From assembly GCF_006345805.1 (NCBI RefSeq), contig NW_021833210.1:1-31973 (forward strand): a DNA stretch of 31,973 nucleotides, in the 5' to 3' direction. The notes under the pieces were generated by a model. The model was not told the DNA's origin and ran no database searches. It was given only the letters and a program-made list of their open reading frames with translations. Source of the stretch: Octopus sinensis. Its lineage: Eukaryota. Positions within the stretch are counted from its first letter, which is position 1. Each line of letters starts with the position of its first letter. Below, in pieces: positions 1 to 11,170 of the stretch. A program made the translations under genes and the position numbers.

Positions 1-12
1 TTATTATTATTA

Positions 13-60
<48 letters not shown>
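1..60. repeat. (TTA)n microsatellite; tail/target of Dong-like LINE
   Basis: Near-perfect TTA run abutting the 3' end of the minus-strand element at 61. Confidence 0.95.
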
Positions 61-61
<1 letters not shown>

Positions 62-656
62 GAGTAGTTTTATTTTTATAGCGTGCTTGCACTTCACTAC
101 CGAGCGCAGTTCTGTGTGCCTTAGGCATGTGCTGGGATTTGTTGTGATGCTCTGATGGTTATTGTATGGAAAGTATTCTGCGTAGGATGTGTGCAGTACT
201 TAGTAGTGCAATTTTCTGTATGTTATATGTGTTTGTAAGTCCTGGTGTTTTTGTTATGTATTTGTCTGAATATATTTTTTATCATGCCTAATGCGCCTAC
301 TATGATATGAATTGTTTCTGTTTTTAGATTCCACATTCTGGTTACCTCTATTTCCAGGTCTTTGTATTTTAAAAGTTTCTCCATTTCTTTTAGAGACACG
401 TTGTCATCTGCCGGTATTGATACATCAATTAGAAAGCATTTTTTTCTTCATGATCTCTGACAACTATATCTGGTCTGTTGGCCTTAATTTCTCTATCTGT
501 GTGTATCGGCATATCCCAGAGTATGGTTGCTTTCTCGTTTTCTGTGACCTTTTCTGGTGTGTGCCTATACCATCTTTTTTCTGTTGTTATTCCATAATGT
601 TGGCATAGCTTCCAATGTATGTAGGTTCCAACTCTGTCATGTCTGTGAATATATTC
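61..656 (-). mobile_element. Dong/R4-clade non-LTR retrotransposon, 5'-truncated 3' fragment (REL endonuclease remnant), family B
   Basis: Manual minus-strand translation with 2 frameshifts: KEYIHRHDRVGTYIHWKLC..ILWDMPIHTDREIKANRPDIVV..FLIDVSIP..KYKDLEIEVTRMW..IIVGALG..ILRRILSIQ*; then ~100-bp 3' UTR and (TAA)n. Confidence 0.9.
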
Positions 657-698
657 CTTCTTCTTCTTCTTCTTCTTCTTCTTCTTCTTCTTCTTCTT

Positions 699-773
<75 letters not shown>
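657..773. repeat. Compound (CTT)n-(TTA)n microsatellite
   Basis: CTT run 657-728, TTA run 729-773. Confidence 0.95.
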
Positions 774-774
<1 letters not shown>

Positions 775-956
775 TATGTTTGACTTTTGCTTTATGTCTG
801 TACAAGTTGGCTCCAAGTCTCACCCAGGGACCACAAGAGACAACAGGTTGGAAGTTCTCTGCCATATATTTGGGGTTTTTTTGTGTTGTACTAGTCAATG
901 TCTAATACATAAAAATAAAATTTAAAAAAATAAATAAATAAATAAAATAAAATACA

Positions 957-987
<31 letters not shown>

Positions 988-3022
988 AATAAAAAGTTTG
1001 TTTTAAACCTTGGGATTACATAGAGAGTATTTTGCGTAGGATATGAGCAGTTCCCATGAGCACTATCTTTTGAATTTCTGCCATTTTGGGGTTTCCTGGT
1101 ATCTGAGTTAGGTAGCAATCAGTCCCTTTCGCTATCATTCCCAGGGCACCTATGACAACAGGTATTGTTTTAGTCTTCAGCTTCCACATTTTGCTGATTT
1201 CTATTTCAAGATCTTTATATTTGCTCAGTTTTTGGTAGGTCTTGACAGATACGTTTATATCGATTGGGACAGTCATATCAATGAGGAGGCATGTTCTTTG
1301 TCTGAAGTCTTTCAATATGATGTCTGGTCTATTTGCATCTGTCTTCCTGTCAGTTTGGATGGTGAAGTTCCAGAGGAGTGAGATGTGGTCATTTTCAAGC
1401 ACTGGAGGTGGATTGTGTTCCCACCAGTTTTTATTATGGGGCAAATCCAAGTTTTTGCAAATTACCCAGTGAATATATTGTGCAGCTCTATCATGCCTGT
1501 TGAGGTACTCTGTAGTCGCAAGAAGACTGCATTTGGAGACAACATGATCAATGGTTTCATTTTGTTGTCGGCATACACGACATGTTGGGCTACTGCCGTT
1601 CTTTAATATGTTGGCCTGGTAGTTTCTTGTTGGTAGGCATTGATCTTGAGCTGCTATGATAAACCCTTCTGTTTCAGATTTTAAGCCAGAGGCCATTAGC
1701 CATTGATGGGTCAGGGCTTTGTCAATATCTGCATTATTCGCTCTCTTTGGGTATTTGCCATAGAGAGGTTTTTCTTGCCATTTATTATTCAGAATATCTA
1801 AGGCCGCAGTTTTGGCACGGGTTTTCATGCGCTTAGCTTTTTCTGTGCTTGTTTCTTGTATGTTTATCTCTAATTCCGAAATTGGTTGTATTCGGAATTC
1901 ACTTAGATATTCCTTTGCCTATTTTGTGACTGAGTTTGATGCTTTCTTGTTTTCATGTTTTGAGACAAGTTTTAACATCCAGTCCTCAGAGTTTTTCAGG
2001 TAGGTGTCTAGGCCAATTGTAGCAATCTTCATTGTTATTGCAAGGTGTAAAAGACCACGGCCTCCCTCTTTTCTTGGCAGATAGAGTCGTTCTGTATCTG
2101 CCTTAGGGTGGTGCATTCTATGCAGTGTCAACAGTTTCCTTATTTTTCTGTCGAGCTGACATATTTCAGTAATTGACCAGTTAACAATATTGAAACTGTA
2201 AGTCACGACTGGTATGGCTAAAGCATTGATCGCTTCGATCCTGTTTCTTGCATTCAGCTCTGTCTTGAGTATTGCTCTCACTCTTCGATAGCATTCTCTC
2301 CTGGTCCTTTCCTTCATCTCTGAATGCCTTATTCCGTTCCCTTCAATTACCCCTAGGTACTTGTAGCTCTCCGCTGGGTCTAGTTCTTTATGACATTCTG
2401 CTGGTCAAGGTTAACGTTAGATGTTTCTGTCAGTTTTCCTTTGATAAAGGTAGCTTTTGCACATTTATCGAGGCCGAATTGCATTCTGATGTCGTCACTG
2501 AATTGTTTGACTATCGCTACTAAGCCCTTGAGTTGTTGGTCATTTTTTGCAACAAGCTTTAAATCATCCATGTAAATGAGATGATTTATATTTTTATCAA
2601 ACATTTTATACCCATATTGCGCATCATTGAGCAGCTTTGAGAGAGGTATTAAGGATAAACAAAAGAGGAGTGGTGACAGTGAGTCACCCTGGAAAATGCC
2701 ACACGAAATTTTTACATCACCAGCATTTAGGGATTCATTGTCACTGTTCAGAGTTAGTGTGGTTCTCCATGATCTCATACTTACAGTCAAGAAGTTTCGC
2801 AGAGTAGGTGCTATTTTATACATTTCCAGGCATTTCCTAATCCAGCTATGTGGTAGGCTATCAAAAGCCTTTTTATAGTCTATCCAGGCTATTGATAAGT
2901 TTTTGTGTCGTTTGTGACAATCTTCTAAGATCATCTTATTGATGAGTAGTTGGTCTTTACAGCCGTAGGATCCACGTTTACATCCTTTCTGTTCATTAGG
3001 GAATATGCTGTTGTCTGTTAAA
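774..3022 (-). mobile_element. Dong/R4-clade non-LTR retrotransposon, 5'-truncated, family A
   Basis: RT motifs EQKGCKRGSYGCKDQLLINK, IDYKKAFDS, GIFQGDSLSPLLF, YMDDLKL; CCHC knuckle CRVC..ETIDHVVSKC; REL motif RPDII..LIDMTVP..K; 3' UTR 774-1015 ending in (TAA)n. Confidence 0.95.
1016..3022 (-). pseudogene. Frameshifted RT-CCHC-REL ORF of the Dong-like LINE (pieces 2380-2934, 1919-2317, 1016-1828)
   Basis: Consecutive ORF-track pieces give a collinear RT, thumb, zinc knuckle and PD-(D/E)xK endonuclease. Confidence 0.9.
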
Positions 3023-3024
3023 AA

Positions 3025-3098
3025 ACTATAGGTATATACCGTCAGGACAGATGTTAGCGTTACTATAGGTATATTCCGTCAGGACAAATGTTAGCGTT
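3025..3098. repeat. 37-bp direct tandem duplication at the LINE 5' junction
   Basis: actataggtatataccgtcaggacagatgttagcgtt / actataggtatattccgtcaggacaaatgttagcgtt (2 mismatches). Confidence 0.9.
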
Positions 3099-3102
3099 TT
3101 AA

Positions 3103-3163
<61 letters not shown>
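3103..3163. repeat. (TTA)n microsatellite
   Basis: Perfect TTA run. Confidence 0.95.
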
Positions 3164-3699
3164 GAGTGAGAGAACAGTGCATGTCATCAAAGTGACACTG
3201 GTGTAAAATATACGAAGCCCAGTATACCCATCATGATTACCCGTCTGATAAGGGTGCTGCAGGCCCATATCCATATGTGCGCGACATGGCGATCTTATAT
3301 CAATATAAACAGTGCATAACTCTACAGATGGGTTCGAGTTAGAATTTTCTTCAATTTCAGTAACCCATCCCGCTCAAAATTACCCTGAATTAAGTTTGTT
3401 TAAAGATGAACAAAATACCCAAGTTTCCGGAGAGGTAATATTGAAAACCCAAAGAATTCCTCGCAACACATGGCTATTGTGCTCCCCAACTACTTCTGCT
3501 CGTGATCAGAGATGCACATATCGTCAGCCACTAAGGGACATGGCTAACTGGTTAAAATCAAGCAAATGACAAGCAAATCTGTGGTATTGAGCAGAATATT
3601 TGCCGTAGGCCATCTTTTATACCAAAACAAAACAATATATATGATAATACTTCCAATCACTTGAGATCAGCAGCCATGAAAGTCACTGCCTGGTATTGC
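3164..3699 (-). mobile_element. ~536-bp non-coding (TAA)n-flanked interspersed element, putative non-autonomous retroposon
   Basis: Complex sequence bracketed on both sides by (TTA)n; minus-strand 3' end ...CTCTCACTC-AATAAT resembles the Dong B end ...ACTACTC-AATAAT; no coding motif recognised. Confidence 0.6.
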
Positions 3700-4235
<536 letters not shown>

Positions 4236-4267
4236 TTAGTTTATTTAAATTCTTGCGTCACACATAC

Positions 4268-4312
4268 TATGATCTCCTCATCGACTCTCTGCTCCACCTG
4301 TTTCTTCTTATC
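4268..4312 (-). other. Candidate isolated 45-nt exon (DKKKQVEQRVDEEII)
   Basis: Minus strand CAG acceptor (4313-4315), purine-rich open 45 nt, GTATGT donor (4262-4267), in non-repetitive-looking sequence. Confidence 0.2.
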
Positions 4313-4632
4313 CTGCTTAATGCATTATTAAAAATTGTATTTAATATCTACTTTTCTACTGTTTGTCAAGTGGATTGTTTCTCAAATAATTTTTACTCGG
4401 AACAATTGTACATTTTTCCCTGGTTAAAACGGAATTTCCCACTTGGTGCAGCTACATATTTTAGTAATTGTTTGCAAGTGCTATGATACTTGTGAAGCTT
4501 ACTTTCAACGACGCAAATGTCTCGTTTTCACAAATGCAAGTTTATGGTTGCATGAAAAATTCGGACAAGCTGAAGTAGACGGGGTGGGCAGTGAGGAGAG
4601 GAGAGAAGACAGAGAAATAGACACACACACAT

Positions 4633-4730
<98 letters not shown>

Positions 4731-4748
4731 GTGTGTGTATATATATAT

Positions 4749-4949
4749 AAACATTATTTTATATAATTAGGGTTCAGCAAAAAAATTTACCTATTCTACT
4801 GTAGTAGAATTTTTTTGCTGAACCCTAATTATATAAAATAATGTTTAAGTTTACCGTAAATGGTCCTTTTACATTTTACATACTGAACACTGCTTGGTAA
4901 AATTGTTAATTACAAATCAATTAATTAAATTTACCCTTATTATTATTAG

Positions 4950-4950
<1 letters not shown>
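4749..4950 (+). mobile_element. Short fold-back insert in (TA)n, related to the terminus of the 580-bp array unit
   Basis: Perfect 39-bp inverted repeat (4749-4787 / 4808-4846); 3' part taaatggtccttttaca..ttggtaaaattg..aattaattaaatttaccct aligns to the array-unit end. Confidence 0.7.
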
Positions 4951-4981
<31 letters not shown>

Positions 4982-4984
4982 AAT

Positions 4985-5057
<73 letters not shown>

Positions 5058-5213
5058 GCAGAGAGAGAGAGAGAGAGAAATATCTTTCTGCTTATCAAAA
5101 TGTTTATCTAATTATTAATCTGTCTCGTTACCGTTCTCTCTCCCTCCCTCTTTCTTCCCTTTCTCCCTCCATCCCTCCCTCCCTTACTCTCTCTCCTATC
5201 TATCTATCTATCT

Positions 5214-5259
<46 letters not shown>

Positions 5260-5332
5260 CATCTGTCTGTCTATCTCGCTTTCTCTCTCTTTCTCTTGCG
5301 CTCTCTCTTTTTCCATATACATACATTCCGAA

Positions 5333-5383
<51 letters not shown>

Positions 5384-5509
5384 TATATATAATATATATA
5401 TATATATAATATATTATATATATATATATTATATATATATATATATGTATGTATGTATGTATGCATGTATGTATATATATATATATATATATATGTATAT
5501 TTATATACA

Positions 5510-5596
<87 letters not shown>

Positions 5597-5600
5597 GTAT
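4951..5600. repeat. Microsatellite cluster (TA)n, (TG)n, (GA)n, (TCTA)n
   Basis: Direct inspection. Confidence 0.95.
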
Positions 5601-5835
5601 TTATGGATAAAACCATTATGTGAAATATCGATCTTATCCGATGGCTTGCATGGGAATAAAAATCTCAACGTTAATGATTGATTATTGAAATTATAATTAA
5701 GGGTATCTAAGAGATACCACCACGCCAGAAATAGCACCCAAAACTTGACACTGAAACCGCATTAATGTGGTTTTAGAGTAAAGTTTTGGCTGCTATTTCC
5801 AGCGTCGTGTTATCTCTTAGAAACCATTAAATAAA
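5601..5835. mobile_element. Fold-back insert between (TA)n tracts
   Basis: 40-bp inverted repeat 5707-5746 / 5781-5820 (35/40); aattaagggt and gaaatagca motifs shared with the array unit. Confidence 0.55.
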
Positions 5836-5866
5836 ATTTATATATATATACATATATATATATATA

Positions 5867-7347
5867 TTTTCTAGTTTCAGCTCAGAGCTGCGGCCATGCT
5901 GATGGATCGCCGTTTTGTGCTACACTGTTCTTACGAAGAACCTCGTCTAATATGTGGCACTTGGTGAAGAATGGAGTTCGATATAGCTACTCTCATTTGC
6001 ACCTCTTGCCGTGAGGTAGGTTCATCTGGGACTCTTGACAGGAAGATGTCCAGCTTTGATTTAAAAACCGCTACATCTACTTTGTGCAAGTTCCTCAGAC
6101 TCTTTGTGAGAATATTAAAAAGTTGTGAGCCCTTGAATCCCAGGCTTTTGCAGAAGCTGGTCCTGAAGCGTGATGGCACTATGCAGTGTCGTCCCGCTCT
6201 AGTATTGGTGTAGCTTACAATGCCAAAATTTGGCACAATTCCTTCCAGGATCTTCCAAACATATATTGCTGCATACCTCTCCCGTTTTCTCTCCAGGGAG
6301 TAGAGTCTTAGCTGTTTCAACCTTTCCCAGTAGCTGAGCTGTTGCAAAGAGACGATCCTCTTTGTGAATCTTCTCTGGATTGCTTCAAGGTCCGCTGTTA
6401 ATTTCACACTGGTGGGTGACCATAGCTGTGAGCAGTAATCCATGCGGCTGAGGACGAATGTCCGCCAGAGGACCAACATCGTTTCCTTATCTCTGGTTCT
6501 GAATGTTCTTAGGATCCATCCATCCAGTCGTCTGCACTTTGTCGCAATCCTGGTAATGTGCACTTGGAAAGAGGTATCATCACTCATGTCGATACCCAGA
6601 TCCCTCACAGACTTAGGCTCTGGGATTGAAATTCCCTGTGGACCGGTGTATCCTGTAAGTTTAATATTCAGTTTTGGATGCTGGTAGCGCAGGGCCTGGA
6701 ATTTTTCAGCATTAAGCTGCATATATTATCTTCAGCCCATCTGTAGATTGAGTCCAATTCCTGCTGCAGGTGTGCAACATCGCTGGGGTTCTGTATTTTC
6801 TGCGAGAATTTCGTATCGTCTGCATAGCTTGCCAGAGTGGCTATCCGGGCATATCTGAGAGGGCCACTATAAAAAGCAGTGGTCCCAAGACAGTGCCCTG
6901 TGGAACACCGCTCACTATTTGTGTGTTCATAGAGGTGGCTCCATTAACCACTACTGCCTGACTCCTATCTTTCAGGAAGTCATGTAACCACACTCCAAGT
7001 TTTCCAGCTATGCCTAGGTCACGCAGTTTGTGGCATATCATACCATGATCCACCTTGTCAAAAGCTTTTGAAAAATCAAGGTAGATTACGTCCACATTTG
7101 ATTTGTTGAGTAATTGTCTCAACACCCAGTCATAATGTTGTAAGAGCTGGGTCAGGCAGCTCCTACCTGGTCGAAAACCATGCTGGGTATCACTCAGCAA
7201 GTTATTTTCCTCAAGGAATGCGATTAGTTTCTTTCTGACTATCCGTTCCAGGAATTTGCTGATGTGTGAAGTCAGAGAGATAGGCCTATAGCTTTTGTCA
7301 TCTGCTCTACTTCCCCCTTTATGTATTGGGCATATTATTTCTCCCTT
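5867..7347 (-). mobile_element. CR1-group LINE, 5'-truncated, frameshifted RT
   Basis: CPIHKGG..YRPISLTSH, QHGFRPGRSCLTQL, YLDFSKAFDKV, SGVPQGTVLGPLLF, YADDTK (frameshifted), VRDLG, EAIQRRFTK, YSLERKRER; short 3' UTR ending gctgaaactag. Confidence 0.92.
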
Positions 7348-7875
7348 CAGCTTGTTATATATATATAACGGAAGTTAATTAGTCCGATGGGGATTTCCAA
7401 AGTTAAAACGCTGACGAAAATGCGAACTTTGGTAATTAACGATTAACGGTTTCGTGCCTAGATTTATATTTGTTTTTGTTTTGGTTTTTGTGAATTCTCC
7501 CTATATAGATATTAGTTATTAATATTTGAGAGAATAAAATCCAAAAGATGGTGTAATTTAAATGTTCATTTTGAATTGGTAAAAGGTGTTTTTTTTTAAA
7601 ATCATATATATATATATATATAAGTTAAATTAGAGATAAAACCACTATTAGGCAAATCAAACTGTGAAAAACATAAACGAAAACATAGAAATAAAAACAA
7701 TTAATATAATATACAAAATATATAAAATATAAAATTTTAATTATTTAAATTGAAAGTTAAAAATTTAAGATTATTAATTTATATTTATAAATTTATATAT
7801 ATATATATTTATTTAATTTTTTTTATTAAATATATATAACTATCAAAAAGTATAAAAAATTTAATATAAGATAAA

Positions 7876-7963
7876 TATATATGTATGCATGTATGTATGT
7901 ATGTATGTATGTATGTATGTATGTATGTATGTATGTATGTATGTATGTATGTATGTATGTATG
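7876..7963. repeat. (TATG)n microsatellite
   Basis: Perfect run; mirrored by (CATA)n at 8440-8472. Confidence 0.95.
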
Positions 7964-8439
7964 TGCAAGCCATTCAAACACAACTCTAATCCGATTTTCA
8001 CACATACACAAAAAAAAACATTTTCTGCATTAATCGAACAGTAAAGAACGAAAGCCAAAAAATCTCTTATGATAGTATAAATATAATTACTAACATGCGT
8101 GGTATTCGCTGTTTATTTCTCATCATGGCTTAGATACAATTGTAAAACTTTAAAATACGACAGCCAAGATAAGATGGACGGTAAAACTGTACTTATTATA
8201 GATACTTGAACAGGGATCGGAAAGGCAGTGGCAGAACATCTATCACAAGGAACTAAGGTTATATTAACATACTGTAACTTAACTAAAGCGAACACAGCAG
8301 CCGATGAAATGCTTTCTTCAACTGGTGTTTATTGGAAAATGATCAAATTTTCGTTCTTAATTGTCCGGTTGATGCAGAAAAAGTTTTTTTTTTGTGTATG
8401 TGTGAAAATCGGATTAGGGTTGTGTTTGAATGGCTTGCA
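7964..8439. mobile_element. Long-TIR fold-back / Pack-TIR-like element
   Basis: ~90-bp inverted arms 7964-8053 and 8349-8439 (tgcaagccattcaaacacaa...), about 90% identical by eye. Confidence 0.75.
8069..8326 (+). pseudogene. Decayed 5' fragment of a membrane-anchored short-chain dehydrogenase/reductase (RDH11-14-like)
   Basis: One frame: MIV*I*LLTCVVFAVYFSSWLRYNCKTLKYDSQDKMDGKTVLIIDT*TGIGKAVAEHLSQGTKVILTYCNLTKANTAADEMLSSTG; hydrophobic anchor, beta1 (GKTVLI), degenerate TGxxxGIG, helix, KVIL; three stops. Confidence 0.75.
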
Positions 8440-8473
8440 TATACATACATACATACATACATACATACATACT

Positions 8474-8630
8474 GGCACAGGAGTGGATGTGTGGTAAGTA
8501 GCTTGCTAACCAAGAACTTGGTTCCGGGTTCAGTCCCACTGCGTGGCATCTTGGGCAAGTGTCTTCTGCTATAGCCCCGGGCCGACCAATGCCTTGTGAG
8601 TGGATTTGGTAGACGGAAACTGAAAGAACC

Positions 8631-8664
<34 letters not shown>

Positions 8665-8899
8665 TATATATATATATATGTATGTGTGTTTGTCCCCCTA
8701 GCATGCTTGACAACCGATGCTGGTGTGTTTACGTCCCCGTCGCCTAGCGGTTCGGCAAAAAGAGACCGATACAATAAGTACTGGGCTTACAAAGAATAAG
8801 TCCCGTGGTCGATTTGCTCGACTAAAGGCGGTGCTCCAGCATGGCCACAGTCAAATGACTGAAACAAGCAAAAGAGGAAAAGATAGAGTAAAGAGTAAA
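8474..8899 (+). mobile_element. tRNA-headed CORE-type SINE
   Basis: A-box-like tggatgtgtgg, B-box-like ggttcagtccc, CORE-like ttgggcaagtgtctt, internal (TA)n, tail ggcggtgctccagcatggcc..ctgaaacaag; homologues at 12651 and 15629. Confidence 0.85.
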
Positions 8900-8910
8900 T
8901 TAAAAAATAG

Positions 8911-8992
8911 CAAGTTCTGGGGTTCGATTCATTCGAAGCACATTTCTTCAAGGAATTGCTCCAGCATTGCCGCAGTCTAATGATTGAAATAA
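8911..8992 (+). mobile_element. Degenerate SINE 3' tail
   Basis: ttgctccagcattgccgcagtctaatgattgaaa resembles the tail at 8830-8865. Confidence 0.5.
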
Positions 8993-9034
8993 ACCCGGAT
9001 TCGCCGGATATTTATTTCGGTACTGTAATATAAT

Positions 9035-9462
9035 GGATGGACTTTTTTGGTTTGAACGGCAGTTTTTAAGATAATTTCTAGGTAACTAAAAACTTTTAAA
9101 CTTCGTATACTGGTAGAATTTGTTAATAAAACATCTTTTTCTCTTGACTTTATTGAGACAATTCTACAGTTTGTAAGATATTTGTTGTTTTTTTTCTTCA
9201 ATTTCTGCAATTTCAACCAATCAGTGGCGTCCAGTGAGGTAAAAAAAACATTCTGTGCCGTATGAATATGTCCCTCGTTTAAGAAGCAACCTGGGTATAT
9301 TTACATTTGTGAAGAAAAAAAGATACACTTCCCCCACCCCTAACCCTAACCCTAACCCTGAAATAGATTGAAATGCAATAGATCGATACTAGGGTCAGAA
9401 TTATGGGTGACATTTTCATATGACACCGCTAGAAAAATCTGCCGTTCAAACTGAAAAGATCC
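9035..9462. mobile_element. MITE with ~29-bp TIRs (GGATCTTTTCGGTTTGAACGGCAG consensus) and internal (CCCTAA)3
   Basis: Ends ggac(t)ttttggtttgaacggcag / ctgccgttcaaactgaaaagatcc; inverted homologues at 14951 and 17975. Confidence 0.8.
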
Positions 9463-9786
9463 TAATGGTTATAAACCCAAACTCGACCATCAAAGTTTAA
9501 AAGGTTTTTATCGAATAAAAATAGAGCAAAACCAAACTTGAACGCAATAACAGTTTTATGCAGCGAGTTGCTACATTCTCGACGAACTGAAATCAAAGCT
9601 GCACACGTCGTGCCGCAAACAGAACAGAACTCCGCGCAGCCGCACTGGAAGGTACATGATGGCAATCGAGACGATCAAAATCACGTGATCAAAGCTACAC
9701 TCAAAATTTGTCTCTTTTTTAAGCTTCACTCGTCATTCTGTGGCCACTCTGGGGCACCGCTTTGAAGAATCGACCTCATTCCTTGA

Positions 9787-10797
<1,011 letters not shown>

Positions 10798-10798
<1 letters not shown>

Positions 10799-11170
10799 GG
10801 AGAAGAGAATTAATACATTCGAGCTTTGGTGCTGGAGAAGACTTTTACGGATTCCATGGACAGAGAGACTCACCAATGGAGAAGTTTTTAAGCAGATTAG
10901 GCCGAAAATGTCGCTAGAAGCTAGGATCACCAAGCATAGATTGGCATATTTCGGTCATATTATGCGGAGAAAATCCCTGGAGAAGGACATCATGCTCGGA
11001 ATGGTCAGTGGCAAGAGAGGAAGAGGCCGACCAAGAACCCGCTGGCTTCACACCATCAAGAGTGATACCGGAATGGACATGGCCAGTCTGAAAGAAGCGG
11101 CCCAGGAGAGAACTGACTGGAGGACACTGAGCCAACGAGTGACCGAGAGTCGACTTCCACTGAGCGGATA
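10798..11170 (+). mobile_element. RTE/BovB-type LINE 3' fragment
   Basis: RRINTFELWCWRRLLRIPWT..LAYFGHIMRR..SLEKDIMLG..GKRGRGRPRTRWL..W..RVTESR; typical RTE-BovB C-terminus. Confidence 0.9.

Noticed and set aside
4500-4570. Strong minus-strand acceptor/donor pair around a 67-nt segment
   Set aside because: Stop codons in all three frames
7385-7460. CTGACGA on + and CGAAAC on - near 7410-7455
   Set aside because: The two core halves are on opposite strands; no complete hammerhead can be drawn
8986-9018. Hairpin gaaataaa-ccgg..ccgg-tttatttc resembling a terminator or Helitron end
   Set aside because: No CTAG end or matching 5' terminus; bacterial terminators are irrelevant in this context
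9339-9358. (CCCTAA)3 as telomere or interstitial telomere
   Set aside because: Only three units, inside a MITE
9560-9700. CpG-richer unique patch with TCACGTGA E-box
   Set aside because: Too short, with no supporting promoter or ORF evidence
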